Shown: piece after piece, positions 53,950-64,000 of the stretch
How the letters are laid out: the number at the start of each line of letters is the position of its first letter
Position numbering within the stretch: position 1 is the first letter of the stretch
Assembly: GCF_006345805.1 (NCBI RefSeq)
Contig: NC_042998.1
Span: 191,022,001-191,086,000, forward strand
Source: Octopus sinensis
Lineage: Eukaryota
Length of the DNA stretch: 64,000 bases
Direction: 5' to 3'
The notes under the pieces: model-generated
The model's database searches: none
Seen by the model: the letters and a program-made list of their open reading frames with translations, nothing else
What the model was told of the DNA's origin: nothing
Translations under genes and position numbers: made by a program

Positions 53950-54218
53950 CACCGTATGAACATTCAGCTTTTTGCCGAACGACATGCGCAAAAGATTTGA
54001 TTATAGTTTTTGCCGCACATTAACTCACTCTCTCTATCAAATCGACGTTTTCTGAACAGGTGTACGGTGTACCATGCGTCAGGTGTCGAAGTGATCATAG
54101 AGCAACTTCAGATGAAGTGTTTGACTCAAGAAAACAACGCACTGCTCGGTCTAGGATTTGAAACCACGATCTAGCGATCGTGAGTGCAACACTCTAACCA
54201 CTAAACTATGCGACCTCA
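53950..54218 (-). mobile_element. tRNA-derived SINE family E
   Basis: Head GGTCGCATAGTTTAGTGGTTAGAG (A box) and GGTTTCAAATCC (B box), no intact cloverleaf. Confidence 0.7.
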
Positions 54219-54229
54219 CTAATAATAAC

Positions 54230-54288
<59 letters not shown>

Positions 54289-55439
54289 GAAGAAGAAGAA
54301 GAAGAAGAAAAGGAAGGAGAAAACAAAGAAAAAGAAGACTTGAGGCAGTGAACTGGCAGTATCATAAGAGAGTTACAAATAAAAAATAAACAAGAGTGCG
54401 GAAACGAGAAATTTCTGAAACTTTTGAACACTTAACGTATTACTTGGGGTAGATGAAATGTCTGTCTTGCAGACATTTGTATTTGTTTTTGTCTTTTCGA
54501 TGCTGCCCACCATGGCTTCTTTCCAGGTAGTAGTACAAAGCCGGTGGCAGAGGATAAAATTCATTTTTGAAGACAATAACACGGAAGGTTTGAGTAACAA
54601 AAGATAAACAGGAGGAAAAAAAGATAGCAAACAATCAGACACAATTACTGACAGAGACGTTAACTCTTGGAAAAATATATAGAAAAATATGACAGCTAAT
54701 CAAACGGACATACTTGTAAACACAGACTTTTGATACAGACTAGTGTCGAAAACGTAAACTTCGTACCCCCAAAACTATAATAGTAGTTTTGTTTGGACAT
54801 AGGCTAAATCTCAGGGAAGAACTAACGATTTTTTGCCTCAGATAATTATCGTGATACGGGCTTGGAAGAATGTTACAAACATCTATTTTGTCTGAAACGT
54901 AGGGGGATTTCACATGCCCACAGAAGAAAGTTTGGATAAAACTCTGGCTATTTGTTGCAGAATTCTCGCTTATTATTACAGTATGACTTCCTGTAATAAA
55001 GCTTTCATATAAAGCTAGCAAACAATTTGACAATAGGGTTTACACCTGATTGTCACAGGAAAGAGCATTCGTTGCGATTTTGGCGCTTGATCTTTTGCTA
55101 CCTTACAAAAGGAATTAGATGTCTTCTACGTCATATTAATAATGCTACATATACACAAGAGGTTGTGAAACTAAAACATCATCTTCTTAGCATCACCATC
55201 GTAACATTAATTATCTTCAGTATCCAGATAATATTTTTTCTCCCGGACATTGACCTGAAGGTGTCGAAAATCTTCATCCTTCACATCAATCACTCTCTAC
55301 ATTGGAAGAGTCTGTAAATGTAAACACTATTTTCTTCACTAACAAACTGACACAAAATAAAAAGTGACATTGCTAGCACGTTTGAAAAACAATTTAATTT
55401 TTTATCATAAAAGATATTAATTAGTTATATAATTAAACC

Positions 55440-55650
55440 TGGTTTCAAATTTTGGCACGCGACCAGCAATTCTGGGGAAAAAGTAAGTCATTTAAATCGA
55501 TGCCAGTACTCTACTGGCACTTATTTTATCGACCCCGAAAGTAATGAAATGCAAAGTTTACCTCAGCGCAATTTGAACACCGAATGTAACATTGGAAGAA
55601 ATGCTGCTAAGCATTTTGCCTGCCTAACGATTCTGTCAGCTTGCTGCCTT
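55440..55650 (-). mobile_element. Old family-B-type SINE
   Basis: TTTTATCGACCCCGAAAG...GCAAAGTTTACCTC core. Confidence 0.65.
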
Positions 55651-56619
55651 AAGTTTTATAATTGATATAGTAAACATTATTTTATGCAAAGCATTAGCTT
55701 TCTTATGTGGGTCTTATTCTATATTACATAAAATGGATTTGCATCGAGTATTATTTTGACTTACTCTTTGAGAAAATACTTATACGTACACAAACACACA
55801 TAAATACAAACACACACACACACATACGTGCGCAGACAGACACTTACACACACATATATCATATATATATATGTATATGTACATCTACATATATATATAT
55901 GCAAATACATATATATATTTATATATGTGCGTGTGTGTGTACATGCATAGCCACACGCAAACTCACATACCTTATACATGTATAAAATTTAGCTAGAAGG
56001 TAATGTACTGAATACCAAACACAAGCAATTCTAAATTAATTAAAATTTTGTTATTAATTAGGAAAAGAGCACAAAAGCCTAACGGTATTTGTTGGTGCCT
56101 CGTAGAGAAAAAGGGAGATAATTTCTAGAAATTAACAACTAATCTTCCAGCATTTTCTGACATTGTGAACGGAAGAAATGCTGATGTTTGAAAGTAATTG
56201 ATGATTGTGGCATGTCTAACTGTTTTAGAAAATAACTAAAACGAAAGGGTTGTGCTATACAAATTTTGTTAATTTAGACATACATACATATATATGATTA
56301 AACTATCGAAACAGCTGTAAGAAAAATTAGGATAACATTTTGAATATATGGAAGATTTGGAAAAAAAATATGAGTGAATTCAAACGGGAAGTTAATCTAT
56401 ACGGAGAGAAGGAGGAATTTAATAAAATTCTAATAGGATTATGAAAAAAAAAAACCAAACAGAAAAAGACTTATTTAAAAAGAATTGGAAGCCACCTTCG
56501 CTTATGCTCACGAATAATTTATAATTGATATTATCGAGTATCCAAGGGGCATAACTGTAAATTTAGTATTATATTTATTTAGGTAAGGGTATGGCATAAT
56601 TTTTAGCACGAATATCAAG

Positions 56620-56790
56620 ATAATTAGCGGAATTCCTTCTGTTTTACTTTCTGAGTTCAAATTCCACTGACGTTGATTTTATCTTTCATCTATTCGGAGT
56701 CGATAAAAATAATATCAGTCGAGCACTCGAGTCAACATAATCAACTAGCCCCCTCCCGCGACAAGTTTTAGGTCTTGTACTTATGACAGA
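56620..56790 (+). mobile_element. Old family-B-type SINE
   Basis: CTGAGTTCAAATTCC...TCGATAAAA core. Confidence 0.6.
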
Positions 56791-57923
56791 AAAAAATTAT
56801 GCTTGCGATGAATTTCATTTTAGTATATCAAAAGAAGGTCTACGGCACAAATAAGTTGAATATTTTGTATTTCTAATTAATAATTGAAATGTGTAAACTA
56901 TAATATATTTTGTATTTCGAAACCCATTACAACACAACGTATAAGTAAGAATAGCTAAGCAAAATCTTATGTAAACATGATCAAATTATATTTTTGATTT
57001 GTTTAATTCAGATTCTCTCAAACCTAGAAATAAATTCATTTTCTTCAGTTAGGCAAAACCTTTTTATAAAAGCATGATCGGAATACATTTTTAATTCAAT
57101 TAATTCAAATCCACAGAGCCTAAAAAAACCCCCTCTTCTTGTGTATGCTACCTGTATTTTTAAATATAGTAATTTTAAATATACTAATTTATTTGATTTG
57201 TCTTTAAAATGCTATTAACACGTCTTCACAGAATTTGAAAACTCTGGAACTCTTTTTCTTATTGTTACGTCATTTCCGATTAAAAAACAAAACTGCCAAC
57301 AAAATCATTTGAATATTAGAATTATATTATGAATATTATTCAATTTCATTTTTCTAATATTTATAAATGTAATCTAATGAATAAACAGTTGAATCGATTA
57401 TACCGAACCACCTAGAAATTTATAGACTTCACAGCCAAGGAAGGAATCTCTATTTCGCTGCTCGACCTGCTAGAAAGAAGAAGTAAATTCTTTAAAACTA
57501 AACTAAACAATCTTACGTATGTAATAACGCACAGGATAATATCGTCGCGGAAAGTTTATAAGGGACTTAGACGGTGTGATCAAAGCTGGAACGCTTTGAG
57601 CATATGTCTGCTTAAACAGGACTGCCTAGTGTTAAGCAACAAAATTGTTTAGTCTTGTGCTTATGTAAGAAATCAATATTAACGAAGAAGTTCTATTTGA
57701 AGACAAGTTCAGACATATTAATTTTAAATCTATGCTGCTAATTAGATCAGCTGGTGATTGCTCTAATTGTTATTTTACGCTGCAGATTTTAATAAGTCAT
57801 TCATCTGAACACTGAAGATATCTTGTATGATACAATCATCAGAAATAACCCATTAGACATATAAAACTTAACTTCGTATCCAATGGATTATTTCTGATGA
57901 TTGTATCATATAAGATATATATA

Positions 57924-57973
<50 letters not shown>

Positions 57974-58196
57974 CGGATTTAGTGGCATATCTTATTTGCT
58001 GGTATATCTATAATTACAATGATTATATATATATGTATATAAATATACTAAATGATAATACTACCAAAATCAAAAGCCAATTAAGTAGTTCTTGGATTAT
58101 AATTTGAAAGAATATTAAATATCATTTTATGTCTACTTTGAACTATGAAAAACGCTTCATGTATTGAGCAAATATAGCAAGCACACAAATGTATAT

Positions 58197-58244
<48 letters not shown>

Positions 58245-59031
58245 GATATATATACACTTGAAATTTATAGGAAAACAAAAGATGAAGACAAATATATGAA
58301 CAAAAATGTATTATTTTGACTCTCGGGAAAATGAAAAAAAGTCTTTTACGTCTCGAACCTACGCTCTTCAACAGAAAGGAATACGAGAAAATAAAGAGAG
58401 AGTGAAAATAAAATTTAAAAAAACTGTAGATTTAGCGCCCAAGCATGCCCGCTAGATCTACAGGTTATATATATATATATATGCATGGGTGCATGAGTGT
58501 TTGTATGTGTGTTCGCGTGTAATTCTGAGAGTTTGTGAATGGGGTTCTGAGAGTTTGTGAATGGGGTGTGCGTTGTGAGTTTAAGAGTATGAATGAGGGT
58601 ATACTCAATTTTGGCCTTTCGTGTCGGACTATGATATTCGAAGGACGTGTAAAAGATATATTTAACATCTGGCATCAAGAACATAATCGACTATAACATA
58701 ATTTCCCTTAGCAGATATTCAGACGAATAAAATTCGCTCTCCTACTATCTTAATTATCTTAACTACTCTGTAGTCAAGTAAAATTCGTCAATGTTAATGA
58801 GACACAGATTAATTATATATTTTCTAAACTAAAAATATAGAATACACGAGTACTACTTATTGAAAGGATAGTGATGTTACTTAATAGACACCCACCCACA
58901 CACACACATTGACCAATGTTGGAGTTATAGTCACGGAGGTATGAAGATATGAATTAACGTATTATTTCTTATCACAAATGACGACGAAAATTCACTAAGG
59001 AAAGATATACATGCATACACATAACACACTG

Positions 59032-59084
<53 letters not shown>

Positions 59085-59116
59085 GTGTGTTGTGTGGTGT
59101 GTGCATGCGTGTGTGT

Positions 59117-59402
59117 GTATTACAAGGAAGTGGTTAGCAGAAGTGACTATTTTAGATTTAAGACATATCCAAACTCAGGTAATTATTTTACTGCACGCTT
59201 TATTAATAAATAATTGAATGTAAATTAAGAATTTTGTGAAACTTTGTTATCTACAAATATTACGAATTACGACATATTCTGCGAAATTTAAAAATAGACC
59301 ATTGGTACTAGCTGTTTCTAAGACATTTTTCAAACACATACAAAGTATCATCAAACTTTCACATGGCAGAAGCTAATCGGACTTAAATTTGCTAAATCTC
59401 AT
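59117..59402 (+). repeat. ~285-bp direct duplication, copy 1
   Basis: Closely similar to 60677-60961. Confidence 0.9.
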
Positions 59403-59797
59403 GGGGGATAAATATAATCGTGTGTATACAAAGCGGTTCATTGCTTGTGAGGTCGCGAGTCCGTATACCAAATCACAGATCACTTCGATATTAGAGTAGA
59501 TAAGCAAGTAAGTTAATGAATAAACTCTAATTCGCCTAACAGTATATGCAGGCATATACGCATATTTCCTATGTATGAGTGAATGAACAATGGTATATAT
59601 AAATTTCTTATCTTTGTCGTATGTATGTATATATATGTATGTATATATGTATGTATATGTACGTATATATAATATATATATTATATATATATATTATATA
59701 TATATATATATATATTACGTATATATATATATATAGAATATATATATATATAATGTATATATATAATATATATATTATATTATATATATATATATAT

Positions 59798-59830
<33 letters not shown>

Positions 59831-60586
59831 TATATATATGTATCGATAACTAGGTATAGCTCTGCATTGATATTCAGAAAATAATTTCCTGCAATATTTT
59901 AGACAATTAAACAAGGTGATGGAAAGAAAAGATGATGTCAAACGAAAAGCAAAAGAATTTGACTTTGAGTTCTATCTTTATTCTATATTTCCGATGAGGT
60001 CTCTAATTTTTTTTTTATTATATTTTACGCAACGGAAATTCAGTTGGCAAAATATATATATGAATAATGGCGATTTGCCTGATGGGATTATTGCAAAATG
60101 TATATTTTCCAAGATCTTTCGCAACTTTAATCTGTCTGCCTGTCAGTTTCTCTCAATATTCAGATACACACATATATACATGCATGAATACATACATACA
60201 TACATACATACATACATACATACATACATACATACATACATACATACATGCATACATAACTTGAGACAAAACTGAATAATAACGTACTTAAATACACTCG
60301 GACATCATACACTATTATATACGCATATATGAAAAAATATGCATATATCTACGTATTAATATCTACGTATTCATGTAAATATACATATATACACAAACAC
60401 ACATATATATACGTATTTTATCTATAATTATATATATATATATATATATATACATACATATATATTGATATATTTATATATATATATATAATACATACAT
60501 ACACACACTATATATATGTATATATATGTATATATATATATGTATATATATATATCATACATATATTATATATATTATATATATAT

Positions 60587-60617
<31 letters not shown>

Positions 60618-60676
60618 ATATATATTATATATATAATATATATATATATTGTGTCTGTGTGTATGTGTGTGTGTGT

Positions 60677-60958
60677 GTATTACAAGAAAGTGGCTAGCAG
60701 AAGTGACTATTAAGATTAAAAACATATCCAAACTCAGGTAATTATTTTACTGCCCGCTTTATTAATAAATAATTAAATGTAAATTAAGAATTTTGTGAAA
60801 GTTTGTTGTCTACAAATAATACGAAATACGACATATTCTGCGAAATTTAAAAATAGACCATTCGTACTAGCTGTTTCTAAGACACTTTTCAAACACATAC
60901 AACTTATCCTCAAACTTTCACATGGCAGAAGATAATCGGACTTTAATTTACTGAATCT

Positions 60959-60961
<3 letters not shown>
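60677..60961 (+). repeat. ~285-bp direct duplication, copy 2
   Basis: Closely similar to 59117-59402. Confidence 0.9.
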
Positions 60962-60990
<29 letters not shown>

Positions 60991-62133
60991 CATATATATA
61001 TTAGAAATGGATGCTCAAGCATGTACGTGTGCTTGAAGCTCTCTTTTCTTCCTATACTCTCGTTTACATAATTGTATGTATGTATATGAACGCGCACACA
61101 TATTAATGGTGCATGCCCAATGCTTATATGTATCGTGTATGAAAGCAAATGAAAATATATATAAAAGTCGTAATAAGCAATTTTATCGATAGGACTGCTG
61201 AGAATCCTTTCGCTACATTATCCTACTAAACCAAATACATACTTATTTACAACCTAGGCCTCGCCAAGATATAATAATTTATTAATACAATTTACTTTTA
61301 CTCTGTTACTATAGTATTTTTTTTTTAATATCGGAACATTGAAATATATATAAAGCATTTCATCATTTTGCTGACATTTTTTCACTTGAAAAATACTAAC
61401 TAAAATCGTTAGAAATAATATAAAATATAATAAATTTTCTGAAGAAAGTATGTATTATTGTGTATAAGTTTGCGTATTTGTGATTTTATATGTATTCCTT
61501 TCCATTAAGCAGAGAAAGCGAGATCTCTGCAAACTGTTATATTTTGTGTATATATATATACACGCACATACACATACATATATATTTTCATACTTAAATA
61601 TCATAACAATACTGTGTGGCTTAAAATGGCGTTTAATACGAAGCCACTGCATTAGACAGTCTTCGCCGTTCACACGCGTTCGAATGCCTCCTGTTTACAC
61701 TCACGTATACACCCACTCACACATATGTAGACACCAGCCACAAACGTTTACCTCACCCCATATGTGTGTGTATATATATAGACGCATACACATAAATATA
61801 CATATGTTATATACGGTTACACGCAGTTACATATAAATTGCATAGATGCTTGTATGCATATATGCACGTATCTATATGAGTATGTATATGTTTTTTCTTA
61901 TTGTTTATGCTTTCTCTTTTTGTTTTAAGCATTTGGACAATAAAATTTGTTTAGCTAAACCAACTGGATTAAATGAAAGCAGAACGGTTTCGAGTTGCCA
62001 TTGAAGGCACTCAAGTTCAGAAAGTTTCTTACATAAAAGTCACTTTGAACAGAAGAAAAATATGGCTATCACGTGACATTCTCACAATTAAACGACAACG
62101 TTACATTTACTAACCAAACTCTAAAAGACTCAC

Positions 62134-62273
62134 AACAACTTGCTGGCGTTAATACCCCCTTTCTTTTTGCCTTCCATTCGCCGTTTCATTTCATCGTCCA
62201 GCCGTTCCTGCATATGAATGGGGTCAAGGTCAATGTCATCGCTCATATCATAATCGTCGTTTATCTCCGCCAT
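62134..62273 (-). CDS. Probable first coding exon, MAEINDDYDMSDDIDLDPIHMQERLDDEMKRRMEGKKKGGINASKL, phase 2; product not recognised
   Basis: AAGATGGCGG start (Kozak overlapping a YY1-type motif), 46 codons + 2 nt, GTT|GTGAGT donor, protein-like composition, CpG-rich leader; too short for the ORF track. Confidence 0.6.
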
Positions 62274-64000
62274 CTTCTTTAAAGTCTTGATGCTTCCAAT
62301 TTTTGCTGTTTTGAGGAACTCACAACAAAAAAGAGTTGACTTACGTCGTTGTAGGCAGGAGTCGTTTACTAACGACTTATCCGAATTATTTGGAGTTGTG
62401 CGATAGATATCTTTTAATATTCAAAATAATATGACAGGAACAACTAAGTGTCTATCAAATGTCTTTTTTTCCCAGTGAAAATAGATTTGAAAATATTACT
62501 TTCAAAGTATTCTTATATACTATTTTGAAAGTAATGGAAATTCTTCAAGGGCAGTATCAAGATTTTTTTTTATTTAACTTTTGTTTTTCTTTATCAAATT
62601 GTGATTGGGAAGTAAAAACCCAAATATTCTTAATCGATGAAAAAGTTGAATACTTTCAAATAAGTTCAAATTATTTAATTTGAACACATGGTAATTGTAA
62701 ATGGTAATATAATCCAACGCCAAATAAAGTAGATTCCCTGGTATGTACGCTGAGATGGACGGTTACAACAAACGATTACGTTATGGTCGGAATTTAGAAT
62801 AAACAAACGATAAATATAGTCAAATTTTAGTCAAAGGAAAGAAGTAAAGTTCTGTAAATAATACTCACATTAAAGAAGAAATTACGTGGCCTTGATAATA
62901 TTAGTTTGTATTACAAATCGACGTATTTGTATAATTGTATAATTTCTTCAGGATAATTTATTTGTATTTGCTGAGTAAACAATTTCAACTGTGAAATTAA
63001 TACTTTTTAAATGTTAATAGCTACATAAATAAAGCCGGTCTCTTAAACAACTCCAAAATTCAAGAAATTTCAGTAACAACAGTATGATAATATTAGTTTG
63101 TCTACGTAAATTTTTTGTCTCAAAAGTAATCTTCTTGTGAAAAAATAATGGATGCCACTTCCTTTTTATCTTCTGTAAAAGTTTACAAATGATTTCTGCT
63201 CTGTTGTGTGTGCGTCTGCTGCTACTGTCCTGCCCTGTAATTATCAACCATTTAGCTTGAATTTAAATACCAGCAAAGTTATAAACCACAAAATCCAGTG
63301 TGGATCACCAGTCAAATAGGACGAAAAAACAGAACACTTTTAAGCAAAGTTGCGTAGTATTTCGGTAAATCTTTTTGAATGTTTTGGACAAAGCATCAAT
63401 GCGATGTTTAACGTTTTGTTTACTCTCATAAGTGCTTACAACAACGGCGGATTTCTTGCATATACTCGCACATACATAAATATAAACTCTTATATAAGCA
63501 TAGATACATACACATACATACACACAAGTATATATCTGCTATTTTTTCTGTTATTCTTCCATCCAATTTACCTACTTGGCCTCTAGTCCAAAATCACTAC
63601 ATATTATATCATATATTGATTCCTGCTTGATGAGAAAGGTTTCTTAATTTCCTATCAATCAGGCCAACGTTGCGCTCTAAACTATAGAGAACAGGTAATT
63701 TATTATCGTTTTTTTTATGCTGGTTTAATCTTTTTCTCTCCAGTTTTGTCTATTTCTCATTCCTCCTCCCACACCAACATATCTTTTAAACTTGAAGAAA
63801 AAATATTTTTCGGAATAAACAGATGAACTCTATCAACAACAACGACGACTACGACATCAACAACAACATCAACAACGGCAGTGGCTAGTGAGGTAGTATC
63901 TAATTTTTCTGCTAGAAAGAGAAGCTGAATGTATTTTAAATTACACTATACCGTATTCAAAAAGAAAGGGTACCTTGAAAAATGCATTCACGGAATGATT

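Noticed and set aside
43528-54526. Scattered plus-strand splice-like signals (43528-43560, 46771, 48262, 51309, 54472-54526)
   Set aside because: They cannot be chained into a coherent reading frame; such motifs are expected by chance in pyrimidine-rich DNA
58523-58566. 22-bp tandem duplication TTCTGAGAGTTTGTGAATGGGG
   Set aside because: Ordinary slippage event with no further structure

Overview
AT-rich, microsatellite-saturated eukaryotic DNA, almost certainly intronic or intergenic animal sequence. The tRNA-derived SINE families and the (ATAC)n/(AAT)n/(TA)n load point to a coleoid cephalopod, probably Octopus (inference, not database-checked). Nearly all supplied ORFs are microsatellite translations. 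The supportable content is: three or more SINE families (many copies), two non-autonomous Helitrons, two TIR elements with 8-bp target duplications and internal TTAGGG-type repeats, a decayed non-LTR reverse transcriptase fragment, LINE-like 3' ends, and several Penelope-like remnants with hammerhead-ribozyme motifs. No complete gene is present. The best gene evidence is a minus-strand first coding exon at 62134-62273; a second similar phase-2 exon at 4638-4774 could be an alternative first exon. Most interesting observations: (i) a duplicated, covarying miRNA-like hairpin at ~42.0 and ~44.95 kb; (ii) a tRNA-palindrome/microsatellite/hammerhead composite element; (iii) a SINE whose 3' junctions fall at a GGTAT motif present in its own head, building nested and tandem arrays; (iv) phased AP-1 (8x) and CRE (3x, exactly 28 bp apart) arrays. 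No CRISPR array, rRNA or intact tRNA gene was seen.
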